Origin: Mycobacterium tuberculosis H37Rv
GTDB lineage: Bacteria; Actinomycetota; Actinomycetes; Mycobacteriales; Mycobacteriaceae
NCBI RefSeq assembly: GCF_000195955.2
Contig: NC_000962.3
Span: 2,130,001 to 2,162,000 of the forward strand
Reading direction: 5' to 3'
Length of the DNA stretch: 32,000 nucleotides
Below, piece by piece: positions 21,433-32,000 of the stretch. A program made the translations under genes and the position numbers. How positions within the stretch are numbered: position 1 is the stretch's first letter; every line of letters starts with the position of its first letter. Below the pieces are notes generated by a model. That model saw nothing but the letters and a program-made list of their open reading frames with translations. It searched no databases and was not told the origin of the DNA.

Positions 21433-22395
21433 TTAACCGCCGCCGACAAGATTGACCACCTCCCGCGCACAACCCCATGACAGGGTCACGCCGTCACCTC
21501 CGTGGCCATAGTTGTGGATGCACAGCGCTCGCCCGATCGGTTCAGCTTCCACCCGCACGGACGGCCGATCAGGACGCAGCCCGGTAATCGTCTCAATCAC
21601 TGCCGCCTCGGCAAGCCGTGGTTGTATGCGGCGACACCGTTGCAGGATCCGCTCGGTTATCTCCGGCTCTGGGGTGGGGTCCCACCTGCCAGGGATACTG
21701 ATGCCGCCGCAGACTACACGCTGCGGGTGGGCAAAGTAGCAGATCCATTCCGAGCCGCCGGTGCGCTCGATAAACAGTTGCTCTAGACCTGGATTGGTGA
21801 GGACGACGTGCTGGCCGAACCGCGGCCAGACCGTGGCGTCGCCGGCCAGTTCCCGAGCGCCCAGACCAGCACAGTTGATCACTATGGGCGCCGCCTCAGC
21901 GGCCTCGGCCAGCGACCGTAGCGGGCGCGTTTCGATTTCACAGCCAGTCGCCGCCAATCGCTGGGTCAGACAGTCGAGGTACTGGGGCATATCGATCATC
22001 GGCAAGGTGGCATGAAACCCAGCACGGAAGCCCCCGGGCACGTCGGCCGGGTCAGCCGGCCGCACGTCGGGGATCAGCTCCAACCCGGGCGGCATCGCAC
22101 CGGTCTCGATACGATCGCCGACACTCAGCGCCGGCGTCATGCGCACGCCGGTGGCGGGATCCTTGGCCAAGTCGCGAAACACGTGCAATGACTGTTCGAT
22201 CCACCCGCGTACCTTGGCAACGGGTTCCTTCGGCCGCGGCCCCCAGACCGCACCCGCCACCGCCGATGTCGTTTGCTGCGGCAATGCGGCCGCCCATACC
22301 CGCACCGGCCACCCCGCCTCGGCCAGGCATATGGCCGACGTCAGTCCGCTGACGCCGGCCCCAATCACGATGACCTGTTGCTCACCTATTGCCAC
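21433..22395 (-). CDS. aao: FAD-dependent D-amino-acid oxidase
   Basis: 320-aa ORF with a GTG start. It has the dinucleotide fold VIVIGAGVSGLTSA and the C-terminal HNYGHGGDGVTLSWGCA motif. Confidence 0.92.
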   Translation of the reverse strand: MAIGEQQVIVIGAGVSGLTSAICLAEAGWPVRVWAAALPQQTTSAVAGAVWGPRPKEPVAKVRGWIEQSLHVFRDLAKDPATGVRMTPALSVGDRIETGAMPPGLELIPDVRPADPADVPGGFRAGFHATLPMIDMPQYLDCLTQRLAATGCEIETRPLRSLAEAAEAAPIVINCAGLGARELAGDATVWPRFGQHVVLTNPGLEQLFIERTGGSEWICYFAHPQRVVCGGISIPGRWDPTPEPEITERILQRCRRIQPRLAEAAVIETITGLRPDRPSVRVEAEPIGRALCIHNYGHGGDGVTLSWGCAREVVNLVGGG

Positions 22396-22424
22396 AGCAG
22401 GACCGTAGCCGAAGCCAGCGTCAG

Positions 22425-22895
22425 TTAGGGCTGAGGCACTCGCCCTCCAGTCGGTCCGAGTAAGCCGTTGAGGATGCCGAGCTGATTTTGTAGTTGGGCC
22501 CCCGCTTCAGGTCCAGGAACTCCGGCAGGGGCAGCGCCTTCGCTGCCCGTGTTCTGCCAGGGTTGGCAGCCGTGCGTCTTGAACGCCTTGTCGGTCGGCT
22601 CAATCGTCACTACCTGTGGTTTCTTGCTGAGTGCGTTATCGATGAGCGCGCCATCGGGGTTACCCATCCGCTTCCAATAGCAGGTGCCGTCGCCGACGGG
22701 TCCCGCGGAGCTGTACGTGCCGGGAGCGATGTCAATCCCCACCGCATAGGTGCCGTCGCTATCAATTGCCGTCTTCGGTGTCGGTGCCGGCTCCGGATCG
22801 GCGCCGGCGAGGCCCACGGATCCGGCCCAGCCTGCGAGGATCAGGCCGGCGACGGCAAAGGCTGCAGCAGGAGATGGGGCTGGCTTCAAGCGCAT
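22425..22895 (-). CDS. secreted protein of unknown function (Rv1906c-like)
   Basis: Track ORF 22425..22898 (ATG 22895 or GTG 22898). It has a signal peptide ...LILAGWAGSVGLAGA-DP, and the mature part contains DGTYAVGIDIAPGTYSS...GTCYWKR. Confidence 0.85.
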   Translation of the reverse strand: MRLKPAPSPAAAFAVAGLILAGWAGSVGLAGADPEPAPTPKTAIDSDGTYAVGIDIAPGTYSSAGPVGDGTCYWKRMGNPDGALIDNALSKKPQVVTIEPTDKAFKTHGCQPWQNTGSEGAAPAGVPGPEAGAQLQNQLGILNGLLGPTGGRVPQP

Positions 22896-23234
22896 CACAC
22901 AATAGCCTACTGGGGCCTACCGGTATCCGGAACTCACTCGGCCTGGAAGCAATCACTCGTTCTCCCGCCGCCGATGGGCTTGTTCGATCCCCATATGCGC
23001 CTGCGAGCGCACGGACGGCGCGCCACCGACGCAGTGTCCGGCAATGATGCGGTAAATCGCGGACGGCGCCAACGCTTCCACCGAGTCACAGCCTTGTCCG
23101 CCAGCACACCGCCCAGACCGCATGTATCGGAGGATGTCCGGAAGCCGTTGGCCACCTCCGTGTCGAGCAACCACCGCTGTCACTGCATTGCTGTCACTAA
23201 ATCGTTGTCCGGCAACACGTTTAGAGCGCTCGCG

Positions 23235-23708
23235 TCAGGCTGACCTCCTGGTGGCTCGCATCCCGAGCACCGGCTGGGTACCGCGACCTTCGTCGAAGTC
23301 CGCCGCCCACGGCCAGCGACCACGCCGGTCGGCCCACACCAACTGCAAGGCCGTCACCTTGTCGCCAAAGATGGCGATCGCACAATACAAATGCGCGTCC
23401 GGATGTGTAACCTGGACCGTTTCGACAAGAGGGCCGGCTGGGAGGGTGGTCTGCATACCGGGAGTCAGCAAGTCACCGACCAGAGCCCTGCGAGCGGCGA
23501 TGTTCAACAACCGCTGCCCACGTCGTGGCGAGAGGCCAGTCACCACCAGTTCGGGCAAGCCGCGCCGGGTTAGACCAACCGTGTAGGCAAATGGCCGTCG
23601 CTCGCACTCCACGTGCTGTACCGCCCAGCCATGCATGAGCATTATCCCGTACACCTCGTCGAGGTACTCCTCGGCGGTGGCTTCCGGGTGATCGCACATC
23701 CAGCACAT
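23235..23708 (-). CDS. DUF4262-domain protein (Rv1907c; the database model extends to 23882)
   Basis: Track ORF 23235..23882. Family-typical N-terminus MCWMCDHPEATAEEYLDEVYGIMLMHGWAVQHVE...AYTVGLTRRGLPELVVTGL begins at ATG 23708, which is preceded by GGATGAGGAGAAAGGG. The upstream 58 codons contain terminator-like hairpins. Confidence 0.8.
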   Translation of the reverse strand: MCWMCDHPEATAEEYLDEVYGIMLMHGWAVQHVECERRPFAYTVGLTRRGLPELVVTGLSPRRGQRLLNIAARRALVGDLLTPGMQTTLPAGPLVETVQVTHPDAHLYCAIAIFGDKVTALQLVWADRRGRWPWAADFDEGRGTQPVLGMRATRRSA

Positions 23709-23725
23709 TTCGGCGCCCTTTCTCC

Positions 23726-23753
23726 TCATCCCCGTCTCGTCATCCCCGTCTCG
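23726..23753. repeat. perfect 14-bp tandem duplication (tcatccccgtctcg x2)
   Basis: Seen directly at 23726-23739 and 23740-23753, just upstream of the SD of ATG 23708. Confidence 0.9.
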
Positions 23754-23808
23754 TCGTGCCTGCGACCACCATGCACGCGGGGTCTGACAAATCGCGCCGG
23801 GCAAACAC

Positions 23809-23844
23809 CAGCACCCCGCGAGCCGGTCAGCTCGCGGGGTGCTG
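23809..23844 (-). terminator. 15-bp perfect GC-rich hairpin downstream of katG (probable intrinsic terminator)
   Basis: The minus-strand RNA reads CAGCACCCCGCGAGC-UGACCG-GCUCGCGGGGUGCUG followed by GUGUUUGCCC. It starts 44 nt after the katG stop. Confidence 0.6.
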
Positions 23845-23856
23845 CGGCGGGTTGTG

Positions 23857-23883
23857 GTTGATCGGCGGGCAGGGCCGATCAAC
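23857..23883 (-). terminator. 9-bp stem / 9-nt loop hairpin 5 nt after the katG stop
   Basis: gttgatcgg-cgggcaggg-ccgatcaac, seen directly. Confidence 0.35.
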
Positions 23884-23888
23884 CCGAA

Positions 23889-26592
<2,704 letters not shown>

Positions 26593-26645
26593 ACTAGACA
26601 ATATGACTCCCTTTTCTGGAATCAGTCAAGACTTTGGCTAGCGTG
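26593..26645 (-). promoter_or_regulatory. furA promoter/operator region (leaderless geometry, TGACT-N15-AGTCA inverted repeat)
   Basis: The minus strand reads TTGACT (26629-26624), 18 nt, CATATT (26605-26600), then 7 nt to GTG 26592. The inverted repeat spans 26604-26628. I recall published work placing pfurA and the FurA box immediately upstream of furA. Confidence 0.55.
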
Positions 26646-26705
26646 ACAGGCGTCTGCTAGGACCCGATCGCCCCGGGGCCGCTGGATCGTGGGATGGCGG
26701 GTGGA

Positions 26706-27311
26706 TCAGCCTTCGTATGTTCCGATGAGCCGGGCCTGCATGGTGGCGGCCTGCGCGATCACCCGCGCCGCTTGTGTCCCAGCCAGTCCCGCGAGTGGAG
26801 GCACGGCAGGAAGGTGGTAGAGGGTAAACCGGTAGTGGTGTGTCCCGGTGCCCGCCGGCGGGCAGGGGCCGGTGTATGCGGGCTGACCGCTGGAGTTCGG
26901 CAGGCTGATTCCGCCACCGGGAGTCTCACCATCGGCGGTGCTGCCAGCACCAGGGGCGATCCCGATCACGATCCAATGGACGTAAGGTTCGCGAGGTGCG
27001 TCCGGATCATCGACAACGAGTGCGCCGCCAAACGGCGCCGACCAGGTCAACGGAGGCGCGATATTGGCTCCTTTGCAGGTGTACTGTTCCGGGATCGGCG
27101 CACCGTCGGCGAATGCCGGACTGCTGATTGTCAGTACATCGCCGGTAGGCGTTTCGGGCATACTCCGACCGAGCGCTGCTGCTTTCGGCGCCAGCGGCGC
27201 CGCCTTTCGACTGTCACCGTTGCCACCGTAGGCAACTAGCGCCACGGGGAGCGCCAGCCCCAAGATGGCCAGTGCGAACCGGTGAAATGCGTGCGCCACT
27301 GTCGATTCCAT
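26706..27311 (-). CDS. exported PEBP (YbhB/YbcL-type phosphatidylethanolamine-binding protein) family protein (Rv1910c-like)
   Basis: Track ORF 26706..27335. PEBP motifs DDPDAP...YVHW...[20 protein letters not shown]. The ATG 27311 (MES...) start and its upstream ACAATG are shared with the paralogue. GTG 27299 is the database-style start. Confidence 0.88.
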   Translation of the reverse strand: MESTVAHAFHRFALAILGLALPVALVAYGGNGDSRKAAPLAPKAAALGRSMPETPTGDVLTISSPAFADGAPIPEQYTCKGANIAPPLTWSAPFGGALVVDDPDAPREPYVHWIVIGIAPGAGSTADGETPGGGISLPNSSGQPAYTGPCPPAGTGTHHYRFTLYHLPAVPPLAGLAGTQAARVIAQAATMQARLIGTYEG

Positions 27312-27381
27312 ATTGATCATTGTCGCCAGGCGCAATTGGAGAAGCCAGGGTTTCGACCACCTCGCCAGGGATGCCGCGGCG

Positions 27382-27999
27382 TCAGCCTTCGAATGTGCCG
27401 ACGAGCCGGGCCTGTCCGCTGGCGGCCTGTGCTATCGCCTGTGCCGCTTGGACTCCCGTGGCTCCCGGTGGCAGCTGGAGCGCGACAGGAAGGTGGTAGA
27501 GGGTAAACCGGTAGTGGTGTGTCCCGGTGCCCGCCGGCGGGCATGGACCGAAGTATCCTTGCCGACCACCAGAATTCGGCACGCTGTGCCCACCAGCAGG
27601 AGTCTGACCATCCGCCGTGCTGCCAGAGCCAGGGGCGATTCCGGTCACGATCCAGTGCACGTACAGTCCGCCGACCGCGTCGGGGTCATCGACGACGAGT
27701 GCCAGTTCGGCTGCGCCCGCGGGCGACGACCACGTCAACGGTGGCGCCACGTTGGCCCCCTTGCAGCTGAATTGCACCGGGATCGGGGCGCCGTCGGCGA
27801 ACATGGGACTGGCGATCGTCAGTGGCTCGGCGGCCGGCGCCGGCGTTGTTGCGTCGACGGTCGTCGCTTTCGGCACGTATGGCGGTGTCTCTCGACTGTC
27901 ACCGCCCCCGCCCCCGCAGCCACCCAGCGCCACTACGAGCGCCAGCCCCGCGGTGGCTAATGGGGTTCGGTGAAGTGTGCTCGTCATTGGAGATTCCAT
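27382..27999 (-). CDS. lppC: PEBP-family lipoprotein LppC
   Basis: Track ORF 27382..27999. Lipobox LGGC (Cys codon 27916-27918) and the same PEBP motifs as the neighbour. ATG 27987 is the alternative database-style start. Confidence 0.9.
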
Positions 28000-28086
28000 A
28001 GCACATTGTTACTAACTGGGATTCGAGAGTACAGCTGTTTTGCGGCCGCGCTTACCAGACAGCCGGGCCCCGGGCCACCCATCGCC

Positions 28087-29091
28087 TCACGGTACCAGCA
28101 CCACCTTGTCGACGTTCTCCCGTGCGGCCAGAATCCGATGTGCTTCAGGAGCTTCGGCGAACGGCACGATTGCATGAACGATCGGCAGGATCGTTCCGTC
28201 GTTGAGCGCCTTGGTCAGCGGCGCGATCCAGGGTTCAAGGGTGCGGCGATCGTCCCACAACCGCAGCATGTTAAGACCGATCACGGTTTTCGACTCCTCG
28301 AGTTGTTTCATCAGGTTAAAGCCGCGCAGCATTGACAACGCGTGGGGCGCCACCCTGCGCATCGATCGTTTCTCGCCGTGCTGCATATTCGAAATCCCGT
28401 AGCCAACCAGCCTTCCACCCGGGCGCAGCAGAGTGTAGGACCGCCGCAGCGAGGTGCCGCCGAGCGCGTCAAGCACGACGTCATACGGGCCCAATCCCTG
28501 CCACCAGCCGTCCCGGCGGTAGTCGATCGCGCGGTCCACACCGAACTCGGCCAGCTTCTGATGTTTTTGGGGTGATGCGGTGCCGTGCACTTCGGCCTTG
28601 GCTGCTTTCGCGAATTGGACCGCCGCGATGCCGACTCCACCGGCCGCGGCGTGAATCAGCACCCGCTCACCGGCGCGCAACGATCCGTAGCCGTGCAGCG
28701 CCGCCCAGGCGGTCGCGTAATTCACCGGGACCGCGGCACCCTGTTCGAAGCTCAGCGCATCGGGGAGCACAACCGAGTCGGTGGCCGCAACGTTGACGAT
28801 CTCGCAGTAGCCACCAAATCGTGTACCGGCCAGGACTCGTTCGCCGACCCGGTTCGGGTCGACCCCATCACCGACAGCCTCGACCGTCCCAGCGACTTCG
28901 TATCCGACCACCGCCGGAAGTTTCGGCGCGTCTGGGTACAGGCCGACGCGGGCGAGATGGTCAGCGAAGTTCACCCCTGCTGCGCGGACGGCGACCCGCA
29001 GCTGGCCCGGGCCCGGTGGCGGCGGGTCCGGTCGCTGCCGCACCTGCAAGACCGATGGGTCGCCATGTTTGGTGATGACCACTGCTCGCAT
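28087..29091 (-). CDS. fadB5: NADPH:quinone oxidoreductase / zeta-crystallin-type MDR (annotated FadB5)
   Basis: Track ORF 28087..29433. ATG 29091 is preceded by AAGGAGAA. MRAVVITKHGDPSVLQV..., with cofactor motif VLIHAAAGGVGIAAVQ. Confidence 0.92.
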   Translation of the reverse strand: MRAVVITKHGDPSVLQVRQRPDPPPPGPGQLRVAVRAAGVNFADHLARVGLYPDAPKLPAVVGYEVAGTVEAVGDGVDPNRVGERVLAGTRFGGYCEIVNVAATDSVVLPDALSFEQGAAVPVNYATAWAALHGYGSLRAGERVLIHAAAGGVGIAAVQFAKAAKAEVHGTASPQKHQKLAEFGVDRAIDYRRDGWWQGLGPYDVVLDALGGTSLRRSYTLLRPGGRLVGYGISNMQHGEKRSMRRVAPHALSMLRGFNLMKQLEESKTVIGLNMLRLWDDRRTLEPWIAPLTKALNDGTILPIVHAIVPFAEAPEAHRILAARENVDKVVLVP

Positions 29092-29190
29092 AATGTTCTC
29101 CTTGTCAGGCTTGACGGGTCGCACCCGCGAACACCCCTCTGTGATAGCACGAGTTATCAGGAGGTTCGGCGGGGCGTTACCTTTGCGGTT

Positions 29191-29943
29191 GTGCACTTCG
29201 ACTGGGAGCGCCTGACCGACAGCGTGCATCGCTGCCGGCTGCCGTTCTGTGACGTCACCGTTGGGCTGGTCCGGGGCCGCACCGGAATACTGCTCGTCGA
29301 CACCGGGACCACCCTCGGCGAAGCAACAGCAATCGCGGCCGACGTCAAGCAGATCGCTGGTTGCCAGGTAACGCATGTTGTGTTGACACACAAGCATTTC
29401 GACCATGTGCTGGGTTCCTCGGTGTTCGACCAAGCGGAGGTGTTCTGCGCTCCCGAGGTCGTCGAATACCTACGGTCGGCTACCGACCGGCTCCGCGAAG
29501 ATGCCCTGAGCTACGGCGCGGACACAGCTGAGGTTGACCGCGCGATCGCGGCCCTGAAACCACCTCAGCACGGGATCTACGATGCAGCCGTCGATCTCGG
29601 GGACCGCACCGTCACCATCACTCACCCCGGCAGCGGCCACACCACAGCAGATCTCGTCGTGGTGGCGCCGGCCACCGGCCATGCAGACGGCCCAACGGTG
29701 GTCTTCACGGGTGATCTTGTCGAGGAGTCAGCCGATCCTGATATCGACGCCGATTCCGACCTGGCGGCCTGGCCGGCAACGCTTGATCGGGTACTTGCGA
29801 TCGGCGGCCCTGACGCCAGCTACGTCCCGGGGCACGGGAAGGTCGTCGATGCGCAGTTTGTCCGTCGCCAGCGCGCCTGGTTGCGAACACGTGCGAGCCG
29901 CCAGCCTCGTGAAACGCCAGCTACTTTGCCGTGCAAGCGGTGA
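29191..29943 (+). CDS. metallo-beta-lactamase-fold hydrolase (Rv1913-like)
   Basis: Track ORF 28585..29943; the first about 200 codons are antisense to fadB5. From GTG 29191: ...GILLVDTGTT...VVLTHKHFDHVLG (HxHxDH)...HPGSGHTTADL...VPGHG. Confidence 0.88.
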   Translation: MHFDWERLTDSVHRCRLPFCDVTVGLVRGRTGILLVDTGTTLGEATAIAADVKQIAGCQVTHVVLTHKHFDHVLGSSVFDQAEVFCAPEVVEYLRSATDRLREDALSYGADTAEVDRAIAALKPPQHGIYDAAVDLGDRTVTITHPGSGHTTADLVVVAPATGHADGPTVVFTGDLVEESADPDIDADSDLAAWPATLDRVLAIGGPDASYVPGHGKVVDAQFVRRQRAWLRTRASRQPRETPATLPCKR

Positions 29944-30328
29944 CGAGCGCATCCGGGTCGGTAACGCTGACCCACAATTCGCGCACCGTCATCGACTTCT
30001 TCCACATCTTTGCCTGTTCGGGCGGATCGATCGTCAGTGCCACCAGGCCCTTACGTGACCCGTTGACCAGCCAGCGGCCGAATCCAAAGTGCACCCCGGC
30101 TGCGTAGACCCTTGCGTTGGTCGCCTCTGCCTTCGTGATCGACGTCAACGGGATGTCGGCGGCAAATGCCCATCCCATCTTGACGTGCAGGCTCCCCGCC
30201 CCAACCCATAGCTCGCTGTTCTTGGGGCCGAGCCCGAGCGGCACCGCAAGCGGGAGAAACCAACGGTCAAAGCGCAACTGGGTCGGCACCAAGATGACCC
30301 TACCGGTGCTAGTGCGGCTCAGTACCAT
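29921..30328 (-). CDS. hypothetical 135-aa protein (Rv1914c-like)
   Basis: Track ORF 29921..30328. I recognise no family. It overlaps the convergent MBL gene by 23 bp. No clear SD. Confidence 0.65.
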   Translation of the reverse strand: MVLSRTSTGRVILVPTQLRFDRWFLPLAVPLGLGPKNSELWVGAGSLHVKMGWAFAADIPLTSITKAEATNARVYAAGVHFGFGRWLVNGSRKGLVALTIDPPEQAKMWKKSMTVRELWVSVTDPDALVTACTAK

Positions 30329-30462
30329 GTAGGAGTTAGTCTCGAACCGCCCCAGTGGCGTTGCGGAATTTGCGAGCCGTCATCGGTCAGTGATCTAGGT
30401 CGCCCGTCCGGGGATACACTCGGTCCGTCAGGTGAATCGGGGCTGCAGAGGAGCGCAAGGCC

Positions 30463-31566
30463 ATGGCCATCGCCGAAACGGACACCGAGGTCCACACACC
30501 GTTCGAGCAGGACTTTGAGAAAGACGTAGCCGCCACTCAGCGATACTTCGACAGCTCGCGCTTTGCTGGGATCATTCGGCTCTACACCGCCCGCCAAGTC
30601 GTGGAACAGCGCGGCACGATCCCCGTCGACCACATCGTGGCGCGAGAGGCGGCGGGCGCCTTCTACGAGCGTCTGCGCGAACTCTTTGCAGCCCGCAAGA
30701 GCATCACGACGTTTGGCCCCTACTCGCCGGGGCAGGCGGTGAGCATGAAGCGGATGGGTATCGAGGCGATCTACCTCGGTGGTTGGGCTACCTCAGCTAA
30801 GGGCTCCAGCACCGAAGATCCGGGGCCCGACCTCGCCAGCTACCCGCTGAGCCAGGTGCCTGACGATGCCGCGGTGCTGGTGCGCGCCTTGCTCACCGCG
30901 GACCGCAACCAACACTATCTACGCCTGCAGATGAGCGAGCGACAGCGTGCGGCGACACCGGCTTACGACTTCCGCCCGTTTATCATCGCCGACGCCGGCA
31001 CCGGCCACGGCGGCGATCCGCACGTACGCAACCTGATCCGCCGCTTCGTCGAGGTCGGTGTGCCGGGCTACCACATCGAGGACCAACGACCCGGCACCAA
31101 GAAGTGCGGCCACCAGGGCGGCAAGGTCCTGGTGCCGTCCGACGAACAGATCAAGCGGCTCAACGCCGCCCGCTTCCAGCTCGACATCATGCGGGTGCCC
31201 GGCATCATCGTCGCACGCACCGACGCGGAGGCGGCCAACCTGATCGACAGTCGCGCCGACGAGCGTGACCAGCCGTTCCTTCTCGGCGCGACCAAGCTCG
31301 ACGTACCGTCCTACAAGTCCTGTTTCCTGGCAATGGTGCGGCGTTTTACGAACTGGGCGTCAAGGAGCTCAATGGTCATCTTCTCTATGCGCTTGGCGAC
31401 AGCGAGTACGCGGCGGCCGGCGGTTGGCTTGAGCGCCAAGGCATTTTCGGCTTGGTCTCCGACGCGGTCAACGCGTGGCGGGAGGACGGCCAGCAGTCGA
31501 TCGACGGCATTTTCGACCAGGTCGAGTCGCGGTTCGTGGCGGCCTGGGAGGACGACGCGGGCCTGA
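30463..31566 (+). CDS. aceAa: isocitrate lyase 2, N-terminal module (AceAa); the last about 72 codons are out-of-frame read-through
   Basis: 367-aa ORF. ICL catalytic signature KKCGHQGGK, and ...[14 protein letters not shown].... Confidence 0.93.
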
Positions 31567-32000
31567 TGACCTACGGAGAGGCCGTGGCGGACGTGCTCGA
31601 ATTCGGTCAGAGCGAGGGCGAACCCATTGGCATGGCTCCCGAGGAGTGGCGGGCGTTCGCCGCGCGTGCATCGCTGCATGCCGCCCGGGCAAAGGCCAAG
31701 GAGCTGGGCGCCGATCCGCCATGGGACTGCGAGCTGGCCAAGACCCCGGAGGGCTACTACCAGATCCGCGGCGGCATACCGTATGCGATCGCCAAATCGC
31801 TGGCCGCGGCACCGTTTGCCGACATTCTTTGGATGGAGACCAAGACCGCCGATCTCGCCGACGCTCGACAGTTCGCCGAGGCGATCCATGCCGAGTTCCC
31901 CGACCAGATGCTGGCGTACAACCTCTCACCATCGTTCAACTGGGACACCACCGGCATGACCGACGAGGAGATGCGGCGCTTCCCCGAGGAGCTCGGCAAA
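31566..32000 (+). CDS. aceAb: isocitrate lyase 2, C-terminal module (AceAb), 3'-partial
   Basis: ATG 31566 overlaps the aceAa TGA (ATGA). The frame stays open to base 32000: [28 protein letters not shown]...[40 protein letters not shown]. Confidence 0.9.
   Translation, partial: MTYGEAVADVLEFGQSEGEPIGMAPEEWRAFAARASLHAARAKAKELGADPPWDCELAKTPEGYYQIRGGIPYAIAKSLAAAPFADILWMETKTADLADARQFAEAIHAEFPDQMLAYNLSPSFNWDTTGMTDEEMRRFPEELGK

Larger units (their letters stand above)
26706..27999 (-). repeat. tandem gene duplication (two PEBP paralogues, period about 676-679 bp)
   Basis: Collinear protein and DNA similarity over the whole length, including a 58-bp identical block at 26807-26864 and 27486-27543. 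Confidence 0.9.
30463..32000 (+). pseudogene. aceA: isocitrate lyase 2 (icl2/aceA) interrupted by a 1-nt frameshift at the T-run 31344-31347; 3' end outside window
   Basis: Homology runs in frame 1 up to ...[13 protein letters not shown] (31347), then continues in frame 3 as [32 protein letters not shown]... to the window end without a stop. Confidence 0.92.

Noticed and set aside
22953-23183. 76-aa minus-strand ORF in the 336-bp Rv1906c/Rv1907c intergenic region (…LPDILRYMRSGRCAGGQGCDSVEALAPSAIYRIIAGHC…)
   Set aside because: By my own count of the codons, roughly two-thirds to three-quarters of third positions are G/C, which does not discriminate coding from non-coding in this genome. There is no SD, I recognise no family, and a competing overlapping ORF sits in another frame. 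I could not support it as a gene. It may be worth a blastx.
22494-23243. 249-aa + strand ORF across Rv1906c and the following intergenic region
   Set aside because: It is antisense to a gene with a good signal peptide and has an Arg/Gly-rich composition with no motifs.
28585-29190. 5' extension (about 200 codons) of the MBL-hydrolase ORF
   Set aside because: It is antisense to fadB5, which has a strong SD and full-length family homology. MBL homology only begins near GTG 29191.

Overview
High-GC actinobacterial chromosome, recognisably Mycobacterium tuberculosis complex. From memory, gene order and gene lengths match the H37Rv block Rv1879 to Rv1916. On the minus strand it holds cyp140, lppE, an SDR, an SRPBCC protein, rpfC, the secreted chorismate mutase and fbpB (Ag85B). 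Next come a group of small conserved hypotheticals, a nitronate monooxygenase, a Zn-ADH, a SAM methyltransferase, dtd, lppD (macro domain), lipJ (cyclase) and cinA. After those: an MFS transporter, a STAS protein, aao, Rv1907c, katG, furA, two tandem PEBP paralogues (Rv1910c, lppC), fadB5, an MBL hydrolase and the split isocitrate lyase 2 (aceAa/aceAb). About 36 protein-coding genes are supported. I saw no rRNA, tRNA, CRISPR array or intact mobile element. This is core, well-studied chromosome and I found no obvious new multi-gene system. The observations that deserve a second look are: (1) a 92-codon PGRS/collagen-like Gly-rich ORF on the + strand, in exact antisense codon register with the annotated N-terminal half of lppD; its repeat units differ only at + strand wobble positions; (2) two strong hairpins and a 14-bp tandem repeat just downstream of katG, inside the annotated 5' end of Rv1907c, whose real start is probably ATG 23708; (3) a decayed SAM-methyltransferase pseudogene running well beyond the short Rv1889c ORF; (4) a degenerate DDE-transposase remnant in the Rv1894c/Rv1895 intergenic region; (5) a SigD-type promoter inside the annotated 5' end of rpfC; (6) a 58-bp identity tract and a lipobox Cys-to-Tyr difference between the tandem PEBP paralogues; (7) the T-run frameshift that splits icl2. 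katG carries wild-type Ser315 (AGC) and Arg463 (CGG). Locus tags and literature statements are from memory, and no database search was possible.
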